Assembly (NCBI GenBank): GCA_951406725.2
Contig: OX597814.1
Coordinates: 169,198,001-169,262,000 of the forward strand
DNA length: 64,000 nt
Reading direction: 5' to 3'
DNA from: Octopus vulgaris
Lineage: Eukaryota
The notes below the pieces were generated by a model that was not told the DNA's origin, searched no databases, and was given only the letters and a program-made list of their open reading frames with translations. Below, piece by piece: positions 42,016-55,668 of the stretch. Each line of letters begins with the position of its first letter. The first letter of the stretch is position 1. The position numbers were made by a program, and so were the translations under genes.

Positions 42016-43714
42016 AAAGAAGAATTTCTCCCCTCTCAATTTTTTCCTGTGGATTTTTCCTTTTCTCATGGCAAGTTTTTTGCAGTATTTTCTTCTGGTA
42101 CATAGGAATATGAACGTGCCATCACAACAACTACCATGTTCTGTGTGGGGGTCAAGGTGTGTGGCGGCTTCATGTCAAGTGAAGGCATATGGCCTAGTGG
42201 TTAGGTTGTTGCACTCACAATCACTAGATCGTGAGTTCAATTCCCAGACCAGACAACACATTGTGTTCTTGAGCAAAACATTTCATTTCATGTTGCTCTA
42301 GTCCTCCTTTCAATCAGGGGGAATGTCACCTTTTTTGCTTGTTCACCTTGCCAGTGAGGTGGCATCATTTGAAAACTAAAACCCATGAAAATGTGCATTG
42401 TGACCAGGAATGTGTAACATCTGATAGCCTGGTCAGTCATATGATCATGTGACATAGAAATATACTTTTCTAATAATTTCCAGTTATTTAATTAATTCTT
42501 TCAGAGCTGGCATGATAGTTAGTGTTGGACAAAACGCATAGCAGAATTTCTTTCGGCTCCTTACGTTCCAAGCTCATCATTTTGGTGTTGACAAAATAAT
42601 TACCATTTGAGCATGTAATCAGCTTGCCCACTACCCTCAAAATTGCTGGTCTTGTGCCAAAATATGAATTATATTAATCAAATCAATTTATCCTAGGATC
42701 TATCTATTGATTTTGTTATCTGTTATCTCTAATAAATAGGGGTTGTTTAATATCTACCAAAAGTTGTTAAGCTATTTTTCAAGTGCCACTTGCAGAGAGC
42801 TTCTTCCTTTGAAGAAAGTATTTCTTGCTATATTTTATGAGATGTGTGTTTGCCAAGCTATATAGACCTGAAATCCTTTATTATGTCCATATATGCTCTC
42901 CACTAGTAACATTTTGGTGGCATGTAAAAAGCACCAACCGATTGTGGCCATTGCCAGCCTTGCCTGGCACCTGTGCCGGTGGCGTGCAAAAAGCACCCAT
43001 TACACTCACGGAGTGGTTGGCATTAGGAAGGGCATCCAGCTGTAGAAACACTGCCAGATTAGACTGGGCCTGGCGCAGCCTCCTGGCTTCCCAGACCCCG
43101 GTCAAACCGTCTAACCCATGCTAGCATGGAAAGCAGACGTTAAACGATGATGATGATGATGATGATAATGATGATGTATTGCAATATTAAAGCGTATTTA
43201 TTTGGAAGGCATATGTATCTGATTCACAACTTGGTCTGTTGTTATCTGTGATAAAATATTTTAATTTCTCCACCTTACTTCAGCCTGGTAGTTGCTGTGT
43301 GGAAAAGAAAGTGAGAAAAAGTGTAGATGAACAGCCTAAAATTTAAAGAAATCTGTTGTTGATGAGATTGAACTCAGCTTCATTATCAGATAATATTTCA
43401 TTACATATTCCATTTATGACAAAGGTTCAATATAAATTTTTAATTAGGCTTTTGGCACCATCTTTTATCTTGTTTCAGTCAATAGACTGTGGCCATGCTG
43501 GGGCACTGTCTCGAAGAATTTTAGTTAAAGGAATTGACCCCAATAATTATTTTTTAAAAGCTGGTACTTATTCTATCAGTAACTTTTGCTGAACTACTAT
43601 GTTACATAGCTGTAAAGACACCAACACTGGTTGTCTAGTATTGGGCTGAGCAAGAGGGGGTTGGGGCAAATGCAGACACACACACACTCACAAACACAGA
43701 CAGACAGACAGACA

Positions 43715-43758
<44 letters not shown>

Positions 43759-43861
43759 ATGGGCTTCTTTCATATTCCATCTACCAGATCCACTCACAAG
43801 ACTTTGGTTGGTTCAAGGCTATAGTGTAAGGCACTTACCCAAGTTGTCACACAGTGGGATT

Positions 43862-44152
43862 GTGGAGGCACATGGCCTAGTGGTTAGAGCAGCAGACTTG
43901 TGGTTGAGGGATCACGGGATCGAATCTCAGACCGGGCGATGTGTGTGTTTATGAGCGAAACACCTAAGCTCCACGCAGCTCTGGCAGAAGGTAATGGCGA
44001 ACTTCTGCTGGCTCTTTTCTCTCACTCTTTCCTCCTGTATCTTGCAGCTCATCTGTGACGGACCGGTGTCCCATCCAGGTGGGGAACCTATACACTGAGG
44101 AAACCAGGAAACCGGCCCTTATGAGCCAGGGATGGCTTGAGAAGGAACAACA
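43862..44152 (+). mobile_element. tRNA-derived SINE family D (V-domain-like) nested in SINE B
   Basis: A-box TGGCCTAGTGG, B-box GGATCGAATC, block GACCGGTGTCCCATCCAGG, TSD ACACAGTGGGA. Confidence 0.88.
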
Positions 44153-44869
44153 ACACAGTGGGAGCGAACCCAGTGGCATGTAGATTGGAAGCGATCTTCT
44201 GACCACACAGCCACACTTGATTTTTTTTTTCTATGACTGTCAATGAAGACTAGGCATAATGAAACTATTCCTAGACATGTCTTTATTTTGTGAGACTAAT
44301 TTGCTTGAACAGATGCAGGCATGGTTGTGTGATTAAGACGCTTGCTTTGCCACCATGTGCAAAGAAGCAATATTTACCCAAAACAGTGGAACTGAATTCA
44401 AAACTACACGGTTGCAAAGTGAGATTCTTAATCACACAGCAATGCCTGACTTATTTAAAAAGACGTATCTTAACTCATATCTTAACTAACTAGAATTTGT
44501 ATAGCAGCTGTTGTAAAAAGAGATTTGTCTGCCAATTTTACAACAACAAGATTGTTTCAAAATAATAATAATGATGATGGACTCACCTGTCAAAGACAAC
44601 ATATGAGTGATCACCTTTTGTTTTGCCAAATGACCTGCACAAATGATTTGTTTATAGTGATCAAATGTATGTGCCATATATTAGCTTACTCTCTCCATTG
44701 GCTGAACAGGTGCAAGGTGTACCTTGTGTCAGGTGTCAAAGTGATTGCAGAGCAATATGAGATGAAATGTTTTGCTCAAAAACACAACACACTACCCAGT
44801 ATAGGAACTGAAACTATAATCTCATGATTGCGAGTGCAACACCCTAACCACGAGACCATGCATACTCAC

Positions 44870-44900
44870 TCATAATGATAATAATAATATTAATAATAAT

Positions 44901-44957
<57 letters not shown>
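44870..44957. repeat. (AAT)n microsatellite
   Basis: Direct reading. Confidence 0.95.
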
Positions 44958-44958
<1 letters not shown>

Positions 44959-45360
44959 TGGAATAACAACAGAAAAAAGATGGTATAGGCACACACCAGA
45001 AAAGGTTACAGAAAATGAGAAAGCAACCATACTGTGGGATATGCCAATACACACAGATAGAGAAATTAAGGCCAACAGGCCAGATATAGTTGTCAGAGAT
45101 CATGAAGAAAAAAATGCTTTCTAATTGATGTATCAATACGAGCAGATGACAATGTGTCTCTAAAAGAAATGGAGAAACTTTCAAAATACAAAGACCTGGA
45201 AATAGAGATAACTTGAATGTGGAATCTAAAAACAGAAACAATTCCTATCAAAGTAGGCATATTAGGTATGATAAAAAATATTCAGACAAATACATAACAA
45301 AAACACCAGGACTCATAAACACATATAACATACAGAAAATTGCACTACTGGGCACTGCAC
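44958..45360 (+). mobile_element. R4/Dong-like RLE endonuclease fragment
   Basis: WYRHTPEKVTENEKATILWDMPIHTDREIKANRPDIVV..KEMEKLSKYKDLEIEI..IQKIALLGTA. Confidence 0.9.
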
Positions 45361-46155
45361 TTAGCGGTTCGGCAAAAGAGACTGATAGAATAAGTACTAG
45401 GCTTACAAAAAATAAGTCCTGGGGTCGATTTGCTCAACTAAAGGTGGTGCTCCAGCATGGCCACAGTCACATGACTGAAACAAGTAAAAGAGTATAAGAG
45501 TAAAAGAGGTGTTTTATAATCCATCATTTTAATAAATGGCTGAGTCTGATTTAAGCAGTCTTTGGAATGGTTGAATATTACAGACCACATTAAATGCATA
45601 TGAAACGTAGCGAACATGTTCAAATTATGAGCATATGTCAGTAACAGTTATGGTAATTCTACTTGTAATTGCTAAATGACGGACATTATTTGGTGCTGCT
45701 TCAAAACCCATAAACTTCCTGACTTCAGGAAATATAAACTTTGCAGGATCAAGTGTTATGCAGTGTTTGCTGTTTAGATGAAGCCATTTGGAGACTCAGA
45801 AAATGTATTTTTCTCCAACTTGGTCAATGAATCCACATGAAAACTTCTGTCACACTACACTACAAGGAAACCTCTATAAAATATCTAGGCCTGCTAGGAA
45901 TAGCCCCTGACTCTCTTACAAATTGCACTTTGTTGTCTTAAGAAAAATAAAAGAAAACATTTCTTTAAAAATGTAGTTCAAAGAAAGCATTGAACTACAG
46001 TGTCCTGGATATACAAAAAAGACAGGCTGCTCACAGTTAAGATATCTTTGATCATAGATCTGTTTGACCAAGCTTGATTTAGAATTGAATAACAATTTAG
46101 TCTGTGGAGAATTAAGCAGCATACTGCTTACAAAATAAGAATATGGTTGATTCTT

Positions 46156-46983
46156 TGATTGTAGGTTCATTTGTTTATAGATTAAATTTGTTGATTGGTG
46201 GTTCATTTGTTTATAGATTAAATCTTTTGATTGGTGGTCCATTTGTTTATAGATTAAATTTTTTGATTGGTGGTCCATTTGTTTATAGATTAAATTTTTT
46301 TTTATTGGTGGCCCATTTGTTTATAGATTAAATTTTTTGATTGGTGGTCCATTTGTTTATAGATTAAATTTGTTGATTGGTGGTTCATTTGTTTATAGAT
46401 TAAATTTTTTGATTGGTGGTCCATTTGTTTATAGATTAAATTTTCTGATTGGTGGTCCATTTGTTTATAGATTAAATTTTTTGATTGGTGGTCCATTTGT
46501 TTATAGATTAAATTTGTTGATTGGTGGTTCATTTGTTTATAGATTAAATTTTTTGATTGGTGGCCCATTTGTTTATAGATTAAATTTTTTGATTGGTGGT
46601 CCATTTGTTTATAGATTAAATTTGTTGATTGGTGGTTCATTTGTTTATAGATAAATTTTTTTGGATTGGTGGCCCATTTGTTTATAGATTAAATTTTTTG
46701 ATTGGTGGTCCATTTGTTTATAGATTAAATTTTTTGATTGGTGGTCCATTTGTTTATAGATAAATTTTTTTGGATTGGTGGCCCATTTGTTTATAGATTA
46801 AATTTTCTGATTGGTGGTCCATTTGTTTATAGATTAAATTTGTTGATTGGTGGTCTATTTGTTTATAGATTAAATTTTCTGATTGGTGGTCCATTTGTTT
46901 ATAGATTAAATTTTTTGATTGGTGGTCCATTTGTTTATAGATTAAATTTTTTGATTGGGGGTCCATTTGTTTATAGATTAAAT
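46156..46983. repeat. 36-bp minisatellite, about 23 copies
   Basis: Unit GATTGGTGGTCCATTTGTTTATAGATTAAATTTTTT, contiguous, no spacers. Confidence 0.96.
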
Positions 46984-47374
46984 TATTCACATTCTCATAC
47001 AACATTATATTTCTGGTTAAAGGATAAATGATGCTCAAAAAATCTGACAGTCCACAGTACCCATGTGAGGAATATAGCTGAGGAATACAAAGAGGTTACC
47101 CAACACTTCAACAGTTTCTTCATCTTTGGAAGTGTTTCCAAATTGGTAGGCTAGTGATAGTCTGTAAGGATAGTCACTTGAACTGGAAAATCAATGGTGA
47201 TTTATATAGGATTGAATTGGATTCGAAAGTCAGTTCAAATAATTAAACCAACCTATGATCAAAAGTATTGCAATCATGACCATTGTTTTTTTTGTTCTTT
47301 TTGTTTCTGGAATAGTGTGCTGTGGAGTACATTATTCAGCGCATCCTTTTCTAAGATGATTGGGTGCAGTTTAA

Positions 47375-47818
47375 CCCTTTTGATACCAACCCACCGGAAA
47401 CCACCTCTGACTCTGTAGTACAAATGTCTTGTTTTCAAAAGTTCAGAGTTAAAATCTTCTGCCAAACCATAGTCTTTTATGTTCCTAACACTAACTTAAC
47501 CCTTTTGTTACTGTATTTATTTTGAGATGCTCTGTGTTTCTTTCAATTACTTTAAATATAACAAAGAATATAATAAAAGAACTTGGTTTTCATTCAGCTA
47601 GTGTTAGGAACATAAATTGTGACTGAGGTTTGGTGAAAGATTCTAATTAAAAATTTATGAAAACAAGACATTTGTACTCAGGGCCAGAGCCGGTTTCAGC
47701 TGGGTTGGTAATGAAAGGGTTGATGATAACTAAGTTATCTTACTCAATTCTTTGTTATATTTAAAAATTCATTGAAAGAAACACAGATTATGTCAAAAGA
47801 AATATGGTGACAAAAGGG
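47375..47818. mobile_element. piggyBac-like MITE with a same-family copy nested in inverse orientation (47500-47719)
   Basis: Outer ends TTAA|CCCTTTTG..CAAAAGGG|TTAA; inner ends TTAA|CCCTTTTGTTAC..GTAATGAAAGGG. Confidence 0.82.
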
Positions 47819-48900
47819 TTAAGGGAGATTTGGTTGCTGTTTCTTACCAGTTGAACAACGACATAGGTGTATGTTGTAGTGGTGTGAGATGATGTGGAAG
47901 TTAACATTTGGAAAATGATTCCTCATCTGTATTTCATATCATGATGCTTCGTTTTTATTTTTATTTCTTCGTCTATGCAATCACATTGCTAAAGATAGTT
48001 GTGACAAAGATTACCTCATTCGCCCATACAGAAACCTTGACAACCAGGTGCAGTTTATAGTCACAGAGAAAGCAACTAGGTGCAGACATATATAAACATG
48101 TACGCTGACATGCAGACACACGTATACACATACATACTTAAGTGCCTCCAAGCTATCATGTTGTGTAGGAAATGTCAGTTATGTGAAGAAGATATTTTGC
48201 TGTGTAGAATGCATGCAAGAAATTACAATGCCATGAGACATGATGTCAATGAAATGCACACACACACACACACACATACACACATGCATACACATACACA
48301 CACATATGTAGTAACAAAAATGCTAAAAACTGCTCAATTAAACTATAGTTCATTTTATTAGTTACTCAGTTATTTTCCTTATTGGATATTTTATTTTTAA
48401 TGTTATAAATCATATATTATGGATTGTTAATCATATTTTGCTGATAACTAACTATTAAAAGATTTGATTATCAATAATCTTTTAATATGATTGTTAATGA
48501 TAAACTAAAACTACCAAAGCTAATTCAACATTCATCTTTACACAAAGTGAGATAAGCTACACGTTTATGGAGTGGTTTAATTTAAAGTTTCTAGATTTAA
48601 TAATTAAGCAATCTTTTCTGTTAATTTGATTATTAATAATAAAACTAAAACTACCACAGCATTTTTAACGTTTATCTCTGTAAAATACGATAAAACTACA
48701 GTGTGTTGATAGAATGGTTTAAATTAGTTAATAGATGTTAGGCTCAGGGAAAGGCTGTGTAGTAAGAAGTTTGCTTTCCAACAAAATGGCTCTTGGCTCA
48801 GTCCCACTGCATGACATGTTGGGTAAGTGTCTTCTACTATAGCCTCAGGCCAATCAAAGCATTATGACTGAATTTTGTAAAAGGAAGCTGTCAGAAGTCC

Positions 48901-48935
<35 letters not shown>

Positions 48936-49030
48936 CTTGACATTGCATAATAAACAAGTGTCCCTGACATGTGAGCAGTGTCTGTTTCCAGTATCCTTTG
49001 AAATCATCCCTGCCTGGTCATGGGGAAATA

Positions 49031-49593
49031 TTGGGTTGTCCGGAAAGTTTATGCCGATTTATAGCAGCTTACCTTTCGACTATTTTAGAACATGGTTGAG
49101 TCCATAAAATAGGATTTGCCTACTCTTCCATTTAGAGCACAGTTTAAGCTATCTTTTCACGGAAGAAGGTTTATGTTCCTATAACCTGTGTTAATTCTGT
49201 AACCCTAAAATGGAAGATAAGAAAGTTCATTTTCGGCACTTGATGCTTTGGGAACCAGACAAAAATTGCTGCAGCTTGGCTGGGATGTGTTACCTTACCC
49301 TCCATATTCACCAGATATTGCTCCTTCAGATTTCCACTTATTCAGGTCTCTGTAGTATAATCTTAATGGTAAAAATTTCAATTCCTTGGATGATGTAAAA
49401 AGATATCTTGATGAATTCTTTGCCATGAAACCACCTCAATTCTGGGGAGAGGGTATTTTCAAGTTAAAGGAAAGATGGAGACACAAAGTGCAACAAAATG
49501 GTTCATATTTGGTTGATTAAAAATGTAATGGCAAGTATTTCTTGACCTTTTTCTTTCCTTTAAAAATCGGCACGAACTTTCTGGACAACCCAA
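49031..49593 (+). mobile_element. Internally deleted mariner (Hsmar1/cecropia-like)
   Basis: TIRs TTGGGTTGTCCGGAAAGTT / AACTTTCTGGACAACCCAA with TA flanks; MEDKKVHFRHLMLWE joined to WDVLPYPPYSPDIAPSDFHLFRSL. Confidence 0.92.
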
Positions 49594-50531
49594 TATTACA
49601 TTACTAGGAAACAGGTAAGTGTTGGCAAGAGGAAGAACATTCAGCTGTAGAAAATCAGCCTCAACAAATTCTCTCTGACACATGCTAGCATGGAAAAAGT
49701 GGACATTAAAATGATGATGATGATTTAATAATTGAACAGAGAGGAGTGGTGAGTTTCTAAATTTGTAGAGCAGGGAATAAAACGCCATGTGATAAGTTGT
49801 TAATTTCCCATTAAGTTGTAATTTCAAATGCCTCTGACTTCAGCTTTGACTTTTAGTTTTTCTAAAAGGAGTGAAAAAAGAAATAAAATTAAGTATTGAC
49901 TTGATTTAAGCAGCTTCTCCCAAAATTGTAAGCATGCTTTTATATATGCATGTGAGTGTATGTAATAAATATAGAATGATATCGTTTTATTCATGTGGCA
50001 TGTAATAAATATAGAATGATATTTTATTCATGTGGTTCCTTCTAGTTATGGTCATTGTACAAGGGAGATAGCCATCCCCTCACAGCACAAGGTTGGATTA
50101 GACATTTCAATTTGAAATTAAAGAATACATGGAAAAAGGTGCATAGATTTCATATATTTAAATTTTTTTTTATCTATCATGAAGTTTTTATAATTTCAAA
50201 TTTGCAACAATCATGTATATCTCTATTTTGTTCTTTTTAGAAATCTTCATCATAATTTAGTCTGTAACATACTAATTAGATATATTGCAGAGAGAGACAT
50301 TTCATTAAAATTAAAGATGAAATTAATTACAATCTGGAAGAAATTCATGGAATATATATATACTTTTATTTCATTGAACATAAGTAGTTTAAGAATGGAG
50401 AGAAAGAGAAAGACATTTTTAGTGTCTGATTCTTTTCCAACTCATGAATTCCTTAAAAATCAAAGGCTACATTTGATTTCTATAGTAGATGAAAGTGTAA
50501 ATCCATACTATGTGTAAGTCTGTAATTCTTA

Positions 50532-50713
50532 CAGTTCTATATTTAAAAGATGAGGAATTATGTACATTATTTACATTATTTACATTCGACGGATATTTGT
50601 CCTCATCTTGTTTATTGTTAACACATATGGGCATTTGGCATAGTGGTTAAGAGCGTGAGCTACTAACCCCAAGATTCCGAGCTCGATTCCAAGCAGTGAC
50701 CTGAACAATAATG

Positions 50714-50744
<31 letters not shown>

Positions 50745-50981
50745 CTATTTCTTTACTACCCACAAGGGGCTAAACATAGAGAGAACAAACAAGGACAGAC
50801 AAATGGATTAAGTCGATTATATCGACCCCAGTGCATAACTGGTACTTAATTTATCGACCCCGAAAGGATGAAAGGCAAAGTTAACCTCGGCGGAATTTGA
50901 ACTCAGAATGTAACGGCAGACGAAATAGGCTACACATTTCACCTGGCGTGCTAACGGTTCTGCCAGCTTGCTACCTATTAC

Positions 50982-51030
<49 letters not shown>

Positions 51031-51177
51031 TTGAAGAATACCTTAGGAATGAGAACCCAGGTTTGAAATTTCCACAAGACACCTGGAGAAGGCTGGAGGG
51101 TATATCAGCCGTAAAGTTGTATTAACAACAAACAAGATAAGGACAAATATCCGTAGAATGTAAATAATGTAAATAAT
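50532..51177 (+). mobile_element. Composite retroposon: inverted arm + tRNA-like head + (AAT)n + hammerhead remnant + arm
   Basis: 14-bp TSD GTCTGTAATTCTTA (50518-50531 and 51178-51191); arms at 50564-50625 and 51118-51179; A and B boxes at 50636-50690. Confidence 0.8.
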
Positions 51178-51690
51178 GTCTGTAATTCTTAATGCAGAAA
51201 AATTTCAATCTAGTACTTGCCAATTGTACAGGGCAGCCACTGCTTATTGCAGGGGACTATATTTCCCATTATACCTTAGTACAAGGTAGTAAGCATGGAA
51301 AAGCAAGGTGTTTGATTCCATTCTTTTACTTTACAAAAATACTTAGCAATATGAAGCAACACAAAGCCCTGTCCAGTAATCTATCTGTTAGGCTTACAAG
51401 TCTCTGAAGAATACTTCCAGAATCTGTAGTTTCCAAAATGAAGTACCACAGACAAACATTCATACCCATTTTTTTCAACCAATACCCATTAACCTTATCA
51501 CACTGCCTCAAAACATACAGACAGCCTCACATGCAGGACATCACATTCCCATCCACCTAGTATTTTCCAGATTCTGGTGCACATCAACTCTGACTTCTTA
51601 AATGCCAGAGAAACCTGTCTCCAAAATACTAGTATTAAAGTAGACCTATGAAATCCAGTGTTGGATTAACCTAATAGCATGTTTAGCATA

Positions 51691-51990
51691 GTGGAGGCAC
51701 ATGACCTAGTAGTTAGAGCAGCAGACTCGCGGTCAAGGGATCGCAGGTTCAAATCTCAGACCAGGCAATGTGTGTGTTTATGAGCGAAACACCTAAGCTC
51801 CACGTGGCTCCAGCAGAAGGTAATGGCAAAATTCTGCTGACTCTTTCGCCAAAACTTTCTCTCACTCTTTCCTCCTGCATCTTGCAGCTCATCTTTGACA
51901 GACTGGTGTCCCATCCAGGTGGGGAACCTATACGCTAAAGAAACCGGGAAACCAGCCCTTATGAGCCAGGCATGGCTCAAGAAGGAACAA
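51691..51990 (+). mobile_element. SINE family D, copy 2
   Basis: Homologous to 43862-44152; TSD TGTTTAGCATA. Confidence 0.88.
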
Positions 51991-52252
51991 ACTTGTTTAG
52001 CATATACAACACGTTCTGCATTGTTAGGCATTCTGTATCAAATACATTGAGCTGACAGAATCACTAGAGAACTGAACAAAATACTTTGTGGTATTTCTTT
52101 TAGTTCTTTATGTTCTGAGTTCAAATCCCACTGAGGTTAGCTTTACTTCTCATCCTTTGATAAAATAAAGTAACGGTCAAGTACTAGGGTTGATATAATT
52201 AACTTGTTCCTCTCCTAAAATCTCTGGCTTTGTGCCAAAATTAGAAAGAATT

Positions 52253-52253
52253 A

Positions 52254-52285
<32 letters not shown>

Positions 52286-52413
52286 CATCATCATCATCAT
52301 CATCATCATTATTATTAATATTATTAGTAGTAGTATTAGTATTATTATTATTAGTATTATTATTATTATCATCATCATCATCATCATCATCATCATTATT
52401 ATTATTATTATTA
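52253..52413. repeat. Compound (ATT/ATC/AGT)n microsatellite
   Basis: Direct reading. Confidence 0.93.
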
Positions 52414-53964
52414 TAGTATTTCTATTGTCTTCAAATTTTATATATAACTGAGTTTTTAAAGTTGATCCAGTATTTAGAATACTTCTAAAATTCAGTTCAG
52501 TTTGAATGTGACAAATTTCAATAATAAAATTGAATAGTGATAATTAAATGGGCAGATTTAATTTGTTTTTATCAGATGCTAATTCATATACAAAATAAAG
52601 AACTTCTAGTTCTCTATTTTGGCACATTAAACTCATCATACAGTAATTGAAATTATTATTTTTCTCATAAATAAGATCAGCTGAATGAATCAGATTATTA
52701 TTAATATATTATTGACACCTTAATGCTAACCATTCCCATTAAATCAAATCAGAATTTTTAAACAGGAAAAGAAATATTTTATAATGTATAGTTTTTATTT
52801 ATTTAACCTTCTGCTATTAAGGAAAACTCTAGTAGGAAAAAAAAAAAAGGGAAAATACAAGTTTAAATAATTAATATAGTCTCATTTTCAACCATATACT
52901 ATGAAAGCAAATTTACATTATATTAGAGATCTGCATCAGGAGAGAATATATTTAACATTTTGCATTTTAGTTGCTTAAAGTAACACTGATATTAGTGAAT
53001 TCACACAATGTTGTTGCATTTAAGCTTTATGGTTTTAGGTTTGGAAGAAGGATCCAGCTATTCAAAATCATTTTTTAATCTATCACGTCTAAGCTGCATT
53101 TTTCTTAGGTTTAACCTTCTAAATGTCACAACTCAACTAGCAAGCAGATATCAAGTTTTAGATCAAAATGATAAATAGTGGAAGACTTGCATTAAATTTG
53201 GTTACATTACACTCCTTTGCAAATTAGCCTGTAGGTACAGGAGTGGCTGTTGTGGTAAGAACCTTACTTCCCAACCACATGGTTCCGGGTTCAGTTCCAC
53301 TGTGTGGCACTTTGGGCAAATGTCTTCTTCTATAGCCTCAGACTGACCAAAGCTTTGTGAGAGGATTTCATAGATGGAAACTGAAAGAAGCCTGTTGTAT
53401 ATATATCTATGTGTGTGTGTGTGTGTATTTGTATGTCTGTGTTTGCCCCCACCCCACCATCGCTTGACAACCGATGCTGGTGTGTTTATGTCCCCATAAC
53501 TTAGCAGTTCAGTAAAAGAGACCGATAGAATAAGTACTAGGCTTACAAAGAATAAATCCTGGGGTTGATTTATTCCACCAAAGGCAGTGCTCCAGCATGG
53601 CCACAGTCAAAATAACTGAAACAAGTAAAAAGAGTAAAAAAAAGAATACTCTCTTGCACTTTTACTCTTTTACTTGTTTCAATCATTTTGATTGTGGCCA
53701 TGCTGGTGCACTGCCTTTAGTGAAACAAATCGACCCCAAGACTTATTCTTTGTAAGCCTAGTACTTATTCTATCAGTCTCTTTTGCCGAACTGCTAAGTT
53801 ACGGGGATGTAAACATACCAACATCGGTTGTCAAGCAATGGTGGGTGGGGACAAACACAGAAACGCAGACTATACACACAAATATATACATATATAGATA
53901 CATAGATACATACTCACATACATACATACATACATACATAGATACATACATTGGTATTGGTATT

Positions 53965-54285
53965 GGCATCCTTTCTGTCTCGGGAGACAATTGAGTTGCG
54001 CATGTTTTTTTTGTTTTTTTTGTAGTCTAGTCCGGCTTTTATATTTCATGTCCTGATACATTTTCTGCTGTGTCTGTGTAGTCCTATCCTGGACAAACAC
54101 TCCCTCTGGCAGGTACTGCAAATGTAGCGAAGACTGTTCCTGGCTGGTTGTAGTGCCATAGTCTCTTGTTTACATCTCTTCCTTTCTTTCCATTTCTCCT
54201 CTCTCTCTCTGTCACTCTTTTGTATTCCCTCTTTTACTGTACGTTGCCATTCTCCACGGTTGCCGGCAACTGCCTCCCAACCGCT
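53965..54285 (-). mobile_element. RTE LINE 3' end with terminal C2H2 finger
   Basis: WEAVAGNRGEWQRTV..YICSTCQRECLSRIGLHRHSRKC. Confidence 0.78.
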
Positions 54286-55270
54286 AATATTGATATTGAT
54301 ACATACATACATACATACATATATACGACGGGCTTCTTTCAGTTTCAATCCACCAAATCCACTCACAAGGCTTTGGTTGGCATAAAGCTAAAGTAGAAGA
54401 CACTTGCTTGACAACCGATGTTGGCTGTTATTTCTACATGGGTGGGTGAACCATATACAAAACTTCCTCCTTGGGGCTTAATACTGCAGTTTTTGAAAGC
54501 AGTAGAATATATGATGTTACAGCAAGAAAATTATTTAATTGATGAGCATTTCGTTAACTTTTATTAGTGAACTTGATTCTGAAATCCTCCCATGGGTTTG
54601 ATGAAGGCAAAAAAAAAAAATAAATAAAAGATAAAACATCAGTGTGTGTAACTTTAATTTAATCTCAAAGTCTTCAGTTGTTCTGCTGTGACATGATAAT
54701 GCTGTAGTGTAAGTATACTACGATGACAAGAATTATTGGAAATGGAAATTTAATTCATCTGATTCAATCCTATAAACCATCTCTTCCCTTACATTTTATT
54801 TAGAGCTATCTTTCCTCTACTTACTGTCAGAAAGCCAATGCCAATGATTTCAAACAGCTAAGTATAGACTAGCACGAGACTCATGCTTTAAATGTCAGAT
54901 TTATACAATTGGTGACTAGCGTTAAATTTGTTGAAATTTCTCAAGAAGAAAAGAAAAAAAAATTGCTTTCCTAAGTTAAGTATGTTTATCAAAGATCTAC
55001 ATTGTGAGAACATGATAATATAGTTTGTTATCCTTTTATTCTTTTACTTGTTTCAGTCGTTTGACTGCGGCCATGCTGGAGCACTGCCGTAAAGGGGTTT
55101 TTTTAGTTGAAGAAATCTATCCCATGACTTATTCTTTGTAAGCCTAGTACTTATTCTATCAGTCTCTTTTGCCGAAGTGGTAAGTTACGGGGGATGTAAA
55201 CACGCCAACACAAAGACACACTCATGCCAGCATGAAAGGCGAATGTTAAATGATGATGATGATATATATG

Positions 55271-55307
<37 letters not shown>

Positions 55308-55342
55308 AAAAAAATTTTTTTCACAATTATAATTTATTAAAT

Positions 55343-55453
55343 TCTCTGAAGAGGCCGTGGGGCATCCTTGTTAATGTCTCATTTATACCTGCCTTATATG
55401 GCTTATAGGTTAAATGAGGCATGATTGCCCTTACTGCCGAAACAGCTGTCAGA
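55343..55453 (+). ncRNA. Type I hammerhead ribozyme with long stem II
   Basis: TCT-CTGAAGA-GGC..(GTGGGGCA/TGCCCTTAC; ATGTCTCATTTA/TAAATGAGGCAT)..GCC-GAAAC-AGCT-GTC^-AGA; lies in a TA-flanked element at 55304-55637. Confidence 0.8.
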
Positions 55454-55668
55454 TATGATATAATTACATATTATATTTTATATTTTATATTTCTATTTCC
55501 TTGTCTAATTATATTTACAATATATTTTGTATAATGCCTTTACTGTTATGTAATGGTGTAATAAAGTATTGATTGGGTATCATCTGTTGGTTGATGTTTG
55601 ATTGATTTAAGTATGTTTCTCCATTTTCTAATTTTGTATATATATATATATATATATGTATATGTATA

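Noticed and set aside
43862-43935. tRNA gene
   Set aside because: tRNA-like head continues into a SINE body with TSD and has a second copy; the same applies to the other A/B-box heads
46156-46983. CRISPR array (36-bp repeats) or repeat protein (IGGPFVYRLNFL)n
   Set aside because: Units are contiguous with no unique spacers, there are no cas genes and the context is eukaryotic; frames are broken by indels
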